Shown here in pieces: positions 25,943 to 38,059 of a stretch of 64,000 bases of DNA. A program made the position numbers and the translations under genes. Under the pieces are notes generated by a model that had not been told where the DNA came from, did no database searches, and worked only from the letters and a program-made list of their open reading frames with translations. The stretch is from the NCBI RefSeq assembly GCF_963921235.1, contig NC_086097.1, forward strand, positions 76,448,001-76,512,000. The letters are read 5' to 3'. Numbering within the stretch: position 1 is the first letter of the stretch; each line of letters begins with the position of its first letter. The DNA comes from Mobula hypostoma (Eukaryota).

Positions 25943-28810
25943 AACATAGAAACATAGAAAATAGGTGCAGGAGTAGGCCATTCGGCCCTTCGAGCCTGCA
26001 CCGCCATTCAGTATGATCATGGCTGATCATCCAACTCAGAACCCTGCACCAGCCTTCCCTCCATACCCCCTGATCCCTTTAGCCACAAGGGCCATATCTA
26101 ACTCCCTCTTAAATATAGCCAATGAACTGGCCTCAACTGTTTCCTGTGGCAGAGAATTCCACAGATTCACCACTCTCTGTGTGAAGAAGTTTTTCCTAAT
26201 CTCGGTCCTAAAAGGCTTCCCCTTTGTCCTCAAACTGTGACCCCTCGTTCTGGACTTCCCCAACATCGGGAATAATCTTCCAGCATCTAGCCTGTCCAAT
26301 CCCTTTAGAATTTTATACGTTTCAATCAGATCCCCCCTCAAACTTCTAAATTCCAACGAGTATAAGCCTAGTTCATCCAGTCTTTCATCATATGAAAGTC
26401 TTGCCATCCCAGGAATCAATCTGGTGAACCTTCTTTGTACTCCCTCTATGGCAAGGATGTCTTTCCTCAGATTAGGGGACCAAAACTGCACACAATACTC
26501 CAGGTGTGATCTTACCAAGGCCTTGTACAACTGCAGTAGTACCTCCCTGCTCCTGTACTTGAATCTTCTTGCTATAAATGCCAGCATACCATTCGCCTTT
26601 TTCACCGCCTGCTGTACCTGCATGTCCACTTTCAATGACTGGTGTATAATGACACCCAGGTCTCGTTGCACCTCCCCTTTTCCTAATCAGCCACCATTCA
26701 GATAATAATCTGTTTTCCTGTTTTTGCCACCAAAGTGGATAACTTCACATTTATCCACATTAAATTACATCTGCCATGAATTTGCCCACTCACCCAACCT
26801 ATCCAGGTCACTCTGCATCCTCTTAGCATCCTCCTCACAGCTAACACTGCCACCCAGCTTCATGTCATCCGCAAACTTGGAGATGCTGCATTTAATTCCC
26901 TCATCTAAGTCATTAATATATATTGTAAACAACTGGGGTCCCAGCACTGAGCCTTGCGGTACCCCACTAGTCACCGCCTGCCATTCTGAAAAGGTCCTGT
27001 TTATTCCCACTCTTTGCTTCCTGTCTGCTAACCAATTCTCCATCCACATCAATACCTTACCCCCAATACCGTGTGCTTTAAGTTTACACACGAATCTCCT
27101 GTGTGGGACCTTGTCAAAAGCCTTTTGAAAATCCAAATATACCACATCCACTGGTTCTCCCCTATCCACTCTACTAGTTACATCCTCAACAAATTCTATG
27201 AGATTCGTCAGACATGATATTCCTTTCACAAATCCATGCTGACTTTGTCCGATGATTTCACCGCGTTCCAAATGTGCTGTTATCATATCTTTGATAACTG
27301 ACTCTAGCAGTTTCCCCACCACCGATGTTAGGCTAACCAGTCTATAATTCCCTGGTTTCTCTCTCCCTCCTTTTTTAAAAAGTGGAGTTACATTAGCCAC
27401 CCTCCAATCCTCAGGAACTAGTCCAGAATCTAAAGAGTTTTGAAAAATTATCACTAATGCATCCACTATTTCTTGGGCTACTTCCTTAAGCACTCTGGGA
27501 TGCAGACCATCTGGCCCTGGGGATTTATCTGCCTTTAATCCCTTCAATTTACCTAACACCACTTCCCTACTAACATGTATTTCCCTCAGTTCCTCCATCT
27601 CACTGGACCCTCTGTCCCCTACTATTTCCGGAAGATTATTTATGTCCCCCTTAGTGAAGACAGAACCAAAGTAATTATTCAATTGGTCTGCCATGTCCTT
27701 GCTCCCCATAATCAATTCACCTGTTTCTGTCTGTAGGGGACCTACATTTTTCTTAACCAATCTTTTTTCTTTTCATATAATCTATAAAAGCTTTTACAGT
27801 CAGTTTTTATGTTTCCTGCCAGTTTTCTCTCATAATCTTTTTTCCCCTTCCTAATTAAGCCCTTTGTCCTCCTCTGCTGAACTCTGAATTTCTCCCAGTC
27901 CTCAGGTGAGCTACTTTTTCTGGCTAATTTGTATGCTTCTTCTTTGGAATTGATACTATCCCTAATTTCCCTTGTCAGCCACGGGTGCACTACCTTCCTT
28001 GATATATTCTTTTGCCAAACTGGGATGAACAATTGTTGTAGTTCATCCATGCAATCTTTAAATGCTTGCCATTGCATATACACTGTCAACCCTTTAAGTG
28101 TCATTTGCCAGTCTATCTTAGCTAATTCACGTCTCATACTTTCAAAGTTACCCTTCTTTAAGTTCAGAACCTTTGTTTCTGAATTAACTATGTCACTCTC
28201 CATCTTAATGAAGAATTCTACCATATTATGGCCACTCTTACCCAAGGGGCCTCTCACGACAAGATTGCTAATTAACCCTTCCTCATTGTTCAATACCCAG
28301 TCTAGAATAGCCTGCTCTCTAGTTGGTTCCTCGACATGTTGGTTCAAAAAACCCATCCCGCATACATTCCAAGAAATCCTCTTCCTCAGCACCCTTACCA
28401 ATTTGGTTCACTCAATCTACATGTAGATTGAAGTCACCCATTATAACTGCTGTTCCTTTATTGCACACATTTCTAATTTCCTGTTTAATACCATCCCCAA
28501 CCTCACTACTACTGTTAGTTGGCCTGTACACAACTCCCACCAGCGTTTTCTGCCCCTTAGTGTTATGCAGCTCTACCCATATCGATTCCACATCTTCCTG
28601 GCTTATGTCCTTCCTTTCTATTGCGTTAATCTCTTCTCTAACCAGCAACGCCACCCACCTCCTTTTCTTTCATGTCTATCCCTCCTGAATATTGAATATC
28701 CCTGAATGTTGAGCTCCCATCCTTGGTCACCCTGGAGCCATGTCTCTGTGATCCCAACTATATCATATTCATTAATAACAATCTGCACTTTTAATTCATC
28801 CACCTTGTTC
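25943..28810 (-). mobile_element. Young CR1 LINE, ORF2 from the endonuclease to the 3' end, with a few stops and frameshifts
   Basis: DIVGITETWL, VIMGDFN, AILDWVL, SGHNMV, RT with FADD, and a (TTTCTATG)n tail. Confidence 0.95.
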
Positions 28811-29224
28811 CAAATAGTGTTCTACATAAGCCACAGGAACATATCTGACTCTAATCTAGAGGTTTAATGGTGCCTAATATATTGTGAGGGGTGACAAAAG
28901 GTTGGTCAGATGATGTTTAAAGCATGGAAAAATGTGAAGTTCAGGGGAAACTCAGAACATGAAGATAAATGGCTACAGGCACAACCAAATACATATGATG
29001 GAGTGAAGTGAAGAAGGAAAAACACAAAAGGGAAGAGCTACACAAGTTTAAAGCCTATGGCCAGGTCTTACTATATATTCTACAACAGATTAAAAAGAAA
29101 ATGTACCCAGTCAAATTCAAATGTAACTTTAAGGTCTGAATTTGTTATGAGGTTTGATTTATGCTTTTAACGTGCAGTTGAATGTTGTCAATATAGAAAA
29201 TTCTGTTGGTATTTTCAGTTAGAG

Positions 29225-31770
29225 TCATAAAATCATAGAGCACTACAGAACGGAAACAGGTCCTTTGGCCCATCTAGTCCATGCTGAACTATTATTTTGG
29301 TAGTCCCATCGACCGGCACTTGGGATAGCCCTCTATATCCCTCCCATCCATTCACTTATCCAAACTTCACTTAAATGTTGAATCAAACTCACATCCACCA
29401 TTTCCACTGGCAGTTTGTTCCACACTCTTATTAACCTCTGAGCAAAGAAGTACATCGCCCCACTTGTTCCCCTTAAACATTTCACCTTTCACCCTTAATT
29501 ATGACCTCTAGTTCTAATCTTACCTAACCTCAGTGGGGGAAAAAACTGCTTGCATTTACCCTATCTATAGCACTCATAATTTTGTATACCTCTATCAAAT
29601 CTTCCCCCATTCTCCTGCACTTCAGGGAATAATTCAGCCTTTCCCAATAACGCAGATCCTTAAGTGCTGGCAACATCCTTGAAAATTGTCTCTGTCCTAT
29701 TGACTTTTTTTCCTGTAGCTAGGTAATCAAAATCAAACACAATACTCCAAATTAGGCCTTAACAATGGCTCATAAAACTTCAACACAACATCCCAACTCC
29801 TGTACTCAATACTGTGATTAATGAAGGCCGATGTGCTGAAAGCTCTCTTTACAACTCCATTTACTTGTGACACCACTCTTCAGGAATTATGAATCTGTAT
29901 TCCCAGATTCCCCTATTCTCCAGCACTCCTCAGTGCCCTACCCTGGTTTACCCTCCCAAACTACAACACCTCACACTTGTCTGCATTAATTTCCATCTGC
30001 CATTTTTCAGCCTATTTTTCCAGTTGGTCCATATCCTGCTGAAAACTTTCATAGCCTTCCTCATAGTCCACTACACTCTCAATCTTCGTGTTATCCGCAA
30101 ATTTCCTGATCCAGTTTACCACATTATCATCCAGATTGCTGATGAAATGACAAACTGCAACAGACCCAGCACCAATCCCTGTGGCACTCCACTAGTCACA
30201 GGCCTTCAGTCAGAGAGTCAACCATCTATTACCACTCGCTGGCTTCTCCCATGAAGCCAATGTTGAATCCAATTTACTAACTCAACCTGAATGCCAAGTG
30301 ACTGAAACTTCTTGACCAACCTCCCATGCGGAGCCTTGCTAAAGTCCACGTAGACAACATCCACTGCCTTTCCTTAATAAACTTTCCTGCTAACCTGCTC
30401 AAAAAACTCTAAGTTTGGTTAGACACCACCTACCAATCAGTCCATGCTTATCCAAATACTTATCCAGTCCTTTAGAATACTTTCCAATAACTTAATCCAG
30501 TGGTGACTTCAGGCTCACCAGTGTATAATTTTCTTAAACAACATTAGCCACCCTCCAATCCTTTGGCAGTTCACCAGTGGCTAAGGGTGTTTTAGATATC
30601 TTTGCTAGGGCCCCAGCAATTTCTGCACTAGCCTCTCACAAGGACCAAGGGAACACCCCATGAGGCCCTGGGGACTAATCCACCCTTACTTCTATCAAGA
30701 GAGCAAACACCTCCCCCTCTGTAATTTATATGTGGTCCATGACCTCACTGCTGCTTTGCCTCACTTCTACAGATTGTGACTGTCTTGTGTGTAAATAGAG
30801 ATCCCAAAAAAAAATTAAGATCATCCCCACCTCTTTCAGCTCTATAGATAGATCACCATTTTGACATTCAAGAGGACCTATTTTGTCTCCTTGCTATCCT
30901 TTTGCTCCTAATATATCTGTAGAAGCACTTGGGATTTTACTTCACTTTGTCTGTTAGGGCAACCTCATGCCTTCTTTTAACCTCCCTGATCTCCTCCTTA
31001 AGTGTTCTCTTGCAATTTTATACTCAAACACCTCATTTGTTCCTTGCTGCCTATTTCTGCTACGCACCTCCTCCTCCTTCTTCTTAACCAGGGCCTCAAA
31101 ATCTCTTAAAAAACAACACTAAACCTGTTAAACAACACACATAAAAGTTGCTGGTGAATGCAGCAGGCCAGTCAGCATCTCTAGGACCTTACCTCTTCCT
31201 AGAGATGCTGCCTGGCCTGCTGCGTTCACCAGCAACTTTTATGTGTGTTACTAAACCTGTTATCTTTGCCTCTTATTCTCACAGGAACACACCAACTCTG
31301 TACTCTCACTTTTGTAAGCCTCCCACTTAAAAAGCACATCTTTGCCACAAAACAACCTGTCTCACCCCACACTTGCCACATCCTTTAAAATCTCAACCTG
31401 AGGACCAGATCTATCCTTCTCCATAATTATCTTGAAACTAATGGAATTATGATTAGTAGATCCACTGTGATCCTCTACACCTGCGTCTGTCATCTACCCT
31501 GTCCCATTCCCAAATAGGATATCCACTATTGCACTTTATCTTGCTGTGACCTCTATTTATTGATTAAGAAAACTTCCATGAACATATATGACAAACTCTT
31601 TCCCATCCAACCCATTTACAGTATGGGAGTTCCAGTCAATATGTGGAAAGTTAAGATCACCTACTATCACAGCCTAATGTTTCTTGCAACAGCTGTGCTC
31701 TCTCAAAAAATGTGTTCCTCTAAATCCTGCTGACTATTGGGTGGTCCATAACATAACCTTATTTATGCAG
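29225..31770 (-). mobile_element. CR1 LINE (older, decayed)
   Basis: Recognisable gtgactagtggagtgccacaggga and ctgatgggccaaagg-type segments. Interrupted by the hairpin at 31131. Confidence 0.8.
31131..31249. repeat. 119-bp Penelope-derived fold-back hairpin with 13-bp TSD
   Basis: Arms 31134-31186 and 31197-31249 (53 bp, 2 mismatches). TSD actaaacctgtta at 31118-31130 and 31250-31262. Confidence 0.9.
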
Positions 31771-32957
31771 TCATCCCTTTTATTCTGAGGTTGCGTACTT
31801 TGGTCCGAGAATCCCCACGTTAGGAAACATCCTCTCCACATCCACTCTCTCTAGCCCTTTCAGCATTCAGTAGGGTTCAATGAGAACCCCCTCTCCCACT
31901 CATTTTTCTAAATTCCAGTAAGTACAGGCCCAGAGCCATCAAAAGCTCCTCATATGATAAGCCTTTTATTCCCTGAATCATTTTCATGAATCTCCTTTGA
32001 AGCCTATCCAATGTCAGAACATCGTTTCTTAGATAAGAGGGCTAAAGCTGCTCACAGTACTCCAATGAGGCCTCACCAATGCCTTATAAAGCCTCAGTAT
32101 TACATCCTTGTTTTTATACCTGAGTTCTCTGGAATAAATGCTAACATTGTATTTGCCTTCCTCACCACCAACTCAACCTGCAAGTTAACCTTTAGGGAAT
32201 CCGGCATGAGGATTCCCAAGATGCCTTGCACCTCAGATTTTTGAATTTTCTCCCTATTTAAAAAATACTCTATGCTTTTATTTCTTCTACCAAAGTGCAT
32301 GACCGTACACTTCCTGACGCTGTATTCTATCTGCCACTTCTTTGCCCATTCTCTTAATCTGTCCTTCAACGGCCTCCAGGCATCCTTAACACTACCTTCC
32401 CTTCACTTATCTTTTTATCATTTGAATACATGGCCACAAAGCCAGCAATTCTGTCATCCAAATCAATGACATACAATGTAAAAAGAAATGATCCCAACAC
32501 CAACCTCTGTGGAACACCACTGGTCACCAGCAGCCAATCAGAAAAGGCTCCCTCCATTCCCACTCTTTCCCTCCTGCCAATCAGTCAATGCTCTATTCAT
32601 GCTAGTATCATTGCTGTAATACCATTCCTAAGCAGCCTTATGTGAGGCATCTTGTCAAAAGCCTTTTGAAAATCCAAGTACACAACATCCACTGATTCTC
32701 ACTTGTCTATCCAGCTTGTTATTTCCTCAAAGAATTCCCACAAACATATCAGGCAAGGTTTCCCCTCAAGGAAACCAAATTGACTTGGCCCATTTTATCA
32801 TGTACCTCCAAGTACCCCAAAACCTGATCTATGACAATTGACTACAACATCTTCCCAATTACTGAAGTCAGGCTAACAGGCTTATAATTTCCTTTCTTCT
32901 GTCACCCTCCCTTTTTGAAGACTGAAGTGATATTTTCAATTTTGCAGTCCTCCAGAA

Positions 32958-34311
32958 CAATGGTCCCCAACCACTGGGCCTAGGACCGGTACCAGGCCAC
33001 ATAGCATGTGCTACCGGGCCGCGAGGAAAGGATATGATTTGGTGATATGAGTCATCTGCACCTTTCCTCATTCCCTGCCATGCCCACTGTTGAACTTAAG
33101 CACGTGTCATTACCCACGTGTCATCCATGTCAGCGCAGGAAGAAGATCAACTCCTCGAGCTTGCAAATGACGGCGGGCTGAAAAGTATGTTTGACATAAC
33201 ATCTCTGTCGGCATTCTGGATCAAAGTCAAGGCTAAATATCCTGAGATAGCCATGAAAGCACTGAAAACATTGCTTCCATTTCCAACATATCTCTGCGAA
33301 GCGGGGTTTTCTGCAATGAATGCAACGAAAACTAAATCACGGAATAGACTGGACATAAGGAACCCCCTTCGAGTATCGCTGTCTCCCATCACCCCTTGAT
33401 GGGACCATGTTGTTGCAGGAAAACAAGCCCAGGGCTCCCACTGATTCAGCGATATTGGTGTGTTGCAATGATTTTATATGTTCATATGAGGAAAATATGC
33501 GCTGTGTGTTTAATGTCCAAACGTTACTTAAAATGTTATGATGCTATTGACTTATAAGTGATTTATAATTGACTTATCACTATATTCATGGGAGGAAATA
33601 TGTGCTGTGTGTTTAATATTAAATTCGTTAGAGAAATGCCTTTAGAAACGAAATTGAGTGTATTAGCCACTTATAAGTGACTTATAGTTGACTTATCACC
33701 TATATTCCGGTCGTAACTAACAACCCCCCCCCCCCCACACTAGGGTTGCCAACTGTCCCCTGTTAGCTGGGACATCCCTTATATTGGGCTAAATTGCTTT
33801 GTCCAACACGGGACCGCCGTTGTCCCGTCTTTCCCCCGCTAAGGTAGAGCATTCCCATGAAACCTTTCGTGCCGAAATGGCGTAAAGCGCAGATGCAATT
33901 ACCATTAATTTATATGGGAAAAAAATTTTGAGCATTCCCAGACCCAAAAACTAACCTACCAAATCATACCAAGTAACTCATAAAACCTAAAATAACACTG
34001 ACATATAGTAAAAGCAGGAATGATATGATAAATACACAGCCTATATAAAGTAGAAATAATGTATGTACAGTGTAGTTTCACTGAACGGAATCACCAAAAC
34101 CGATTTGTAGAAAAAAAAATCGGCACGTACACGCATGCGTACACAGGTGCCCGTGCAAGGCTTCATGGTCATGGTAGTCTTTCTTGGACAGTGAGAAAAT
34201 TGGTAACCTACCCACCCCGCCACCCCCCCCCCCCCCCCACGGTTGGCCAGTCCACAAGAATATTGTCAATATTAAACCGGTCCGCAATGCTAAAAAGGTT
34301 GGGGACCCCTG
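32958..34311 (+). mobile_element. Non-autonomous hAT (Buster/Charlie-like) DNA transposon
   Basis: TIRs caatggtccccaacc (32958-32972) / ggttggggacccctg (34297-34311). 8-bp TSD ctccagaa / atccagaa. Retains the C-terminal dimerisation-domain sequence FWIKVKAKYPEIA..LLPFPTYLCEAGFSAM..KTKSRNRLD..AQGSH. Confidence 0.9.
33741..34210. mobile_element. Probable second hAT-type MITE nested inside the first
   Basis: Ends tagggttgccaa (33741) and ttggtaaccta (34200-34210). Subterminal gggac/gtccc repeats and C-rich flanks on both sides. Confidence 0.55.
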
Positions 34312-37300
34312 ATCCAGAACCATGCCAGAATATAGTGCTTCTTGAAAGATCATTACTAATGCCTCCACAATCTCTTCAGCTTTCTCTTTCAGAGCCCTAG
34401 GGCGTAGTCCATTTGATCCAGGTGACTTATCTATCATAAGACCTTTCAGCTTCCCAAGCACCTTTTCCATAGTAACAGCAACTGCACTCACTTCTGCCCT
34501 CTGACACTCTCAAACATCTGGCATACTGCTAGTGTCTTCAACAGTGAAGACTGATGCAAAATACTTATTCAGTTCATCTGGCATTTTCTTGTCCCCCATC
34601 ACTCCTTCTCTAGCATTATTTTCCAGTAGTCCAATATCTACTCTCGCCTCTCTTTTACTCCTTATATATCTGAGAAATCTTCTGGTATCCTCTTTGATAT
34701 TATTGGCCAGCTTACCTTCATATTTCATCTTTTTGCTCCTTATGATTTTTTAGTTGCCTTCTGTTGGTTTTAAAAGCTTCCCAATCCTTTATCTTCTCAC
34801 TAATTTTTGCTCTATTATATGTCCTCTCTCTTGCTTTTATTTTGGCTTTGATTTCCCTTGTCAGCCATGGCTGCATCATCTTGTCTTTAGAATACTTCTA
34901 CTTCTTTGCGATCTATCTATCCTGCGCCTTCCAAATTATTCCCCAGAACTACAGCCAATGCTGCTTTGTGGTCAGCCCTGCTAGTACCCCCTTCCAATCA
35001 ACTATCACCAGCTCCTTTCTCATGGCTCTGTAGTTCCCTTTACTTCATTGTAATACTGACACATCTGACTTTACCTTCTCCTTCTCAAATTGCAGGGTGA
35101 ATTCAATATATTATGATCACTGCCTCTTGAGAATCCCTTTACCTTAAACTTCCCAATCAAATCCAGTTCATTACACAACACCCATTCCAGAGTAGCTGAT
35201 CCCTAATGGGCTCAATGTAAACTGCTCTAAAAAGCTGTCTCGTAGGATCCAAAATCAGCAGCAACCTGCATATTGAAATTCCCCATGACTATTGTAACAT
35301 TGCCCTTTGGACATGCATTTTCTATCTCCGATTGTATTTTGTAGCACACATTCTGGCTACTGTTCGGAGGCCTGTATGCAACTCCTGCCAGGGTCGTTTT
35401 ACCCTTGCAGTTCCTTTCTGCAATGATTCTACATCTTCTGATCCCAGGTCTCCTCTCTCTAATGATTTGGTTTCATTTTTTACCAACAGAGCCACCCCAT
35501 CCCCTCTGCCTACCTGCACGTCCTTTCAAACAATGTGAATCCTTGGATGTTAAGCTCCCAACTATAATCTTCTTTCAGCCACGATTCATTGATTCCCATA
35601 ATGTCATACCTGCCAATCTCTAACTGTGCTGCAAAATCATCTACCATATTTTGTATACTGCATGAATGCAAATATAACATCTTCAGTCCTGTATTCATCA
35701 CCCTTTTCGATTTTGTCCCCGCTACATCGCATCTCATTTCACTGACTGCAATTTTGCCCTATCATCTGCCTGTCCTTCCTGACAGTCTCATGAGACACTG
35801 TTTCTGCTTGTATACCAACTGCCCCACCCCATCCTCAGCCCTATCACTTGGTTTCCAATACACCTGCCAAATCCATTTAAACCCTCCTCAACAGTTCTAG
35901 CAAACCTACCTGCAAGGACGTTGGTCTTCCTCTCGAGTTCAAGTGTAACCCGTCCCCAGAAGAGATCCCCATAATCCAGAAATCTGACACCCTGCCCCCT
36001 GCACCAGTTCCTCAGCCACATATTCATCTACCAAATCATCCTATTCTTACCCTCACTAGCGCATGGCACAGGCAGCAATTCAGATATACTACCCTGGAGA
36101 TCCTGCTTTTCAACAAAGCTCCCTAAAATCTCTCTTCAGGACCTCCTCCCTTTTCATACCCATGTTATTGGTGCCAATATATACCAAGACTTCCGGCTGC
36201 TCACCCTCCCCTTTAGAATGCTATAGACGTCCCTGACACTGGCACCTGGGACCATTGGATGTCTTTATCATGCCCCCAGAATCTGGTGTCTACTCCTTTA
36301 ACCACGGAATCCCCTATCACTACTGCAGTCCTTTTATCCCCTTTTCATTTCTGAGCCACAGCGCCAGAGTTGTCTGTGTCTTCCCAAAGCCATGCTGGTG
36401 AGCTAAGAGACCAATGTAAACTATGCCTTAGTGTCATTAAGTGCCAAAAAGAACCAAAGGGGAGTTAATGGGAAAGTGAGTAAGAATAAAGTACGGAGAT
36501 GGACTAAGGAGGAGGAGGAAATTTGATGAGATTGTCTTACTGGGAGTCAGCACAGCCCAATAAGCCAGACAACCTCTTCCTTGCCATAAAAATTTGTAAA
36601 ATAGATAATGCCTGTGAATCGAGGTGCAGTATTTCCAAATGTGGGCATGTAGTGCAAGTTGGCAATATCAGTCATTCAACAGAAAGAGAATATTAAGACT
36701 ATTATTCAAATGATATGGGTTTACAATGTTGATTGCCTGGATATCTGTCAGCAAGAGCTGTACATACAGGTGTTGCTCCACAATGAAGGATCAGTCATGC
36801 TGGTTGAAGTTCATACTTTTACTTAGACCACAAATTTGTACTTTTAGTAATGGGTCTTGATAGAAAGCACATCAGAGAGCAAGACTGATCCATTTGGCCA
36901 GTAGGAGACAACTGATTCACCAAGGCGATGTAGATGAGGTGAAATATATGGACTGCAGCCGCAACAGCATTACCTCTCAGTCAAATAACCCTTGTGCTAG
37001 ATGAGGCCACATGAGTCTTGGGGGAAGAAGTTTTACTGGTGTTACTTCTCGCCATGAATTACTTATAATACATTTCTAAACTCATCCTGCATATATTCAT
37101 GTCTTAAAATACCCATACAACACCAATGCTAAATGTATAATATTGATACATCCTGGCTTCATGGAAGAAATAACATATAAAGCATTACAGGCCAGAGGTG
37201 TTGGGGGGGAGTGGGTCCATGGAGACATTTAATAATGCTTATTCTGAAGAACCACACAAGGCAGTGCATCACTTAGGCACTCTTAAATGAATGAGCATAA

Positions 37301-38059
37301 GTAGTTATATTTCATGCTTGTATTCAATTACTGAAACTTGCTCTAGATGTATTACACATTTCTTAAAATGTGTGCAATATGTTTACAACAAACTGCAGAT
37401 GCTACAAATCCAAAATGCATCCAGAAAATCAGGATGCATCTGTTCAAAGAGAAATAGTTTATCTTTCAGCTGTAATTCTCTCTTCACAATCTATAGAGGA
37501 GTACAGCAGCCTTGTGAGACACTGAGCAATTCTTTTCCAGAGAGTACTTCTCGCCTCTAAAGCACAAAGGAATGGTTAAAAATGTGACCTAAAAAATGCC
37601 TTCTTCAGCAACACATTTGATCAATTTGCAGTAGTGGGAAATCCTATTTGTTACCAAATCAGTAGGAAAGGCAAGTCCAGGAACAAAAACATTCTGCAGT
37701 GACAGAGCTAGGTGGAAAGCAAAAATAAAAAATGCAGATGCTGGAAATTTGATACAAAAACAGAAAGCGTTCAAAATACCCAGCAGGTCTGGTGGTGAAA
37801 ACAGAATATTTTAGGCTGATGGCTGTTTACCATTTTATACACAACACCTATTGCGGCCATTGTGCTATATGCTATCAATATTCCACTTTCCCTTTATTCC
37901 TTTCTCACCAGTCCACCCAGATTCCCTCTCTACCACGAGTCTAGTGAAACAAAAGCCAAAGAACAGGGGTACCTATCTCTGGGAGACAGAAGAGAAACTT
38001 CAGCTGCCAAAAATCAAGGGCAACACACCCAAATTTCTGGAGATACCCAGAAGGTCAGG

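Larger units (their letters stand above)
31790..36370 (-). mobile_element. Long CR1 LINE including ORF1 esterase remnant and ORF2 start, interrupted by a hAT transposon
   Basis: NMWLRNWCRGQGVRFLD.GDLFWGR (35788-36027) is the SGNH/esterase-like CR1 ORF1. YDIMGINESWL endonuclease start and RT fragments follow. Confidence 0.85.
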
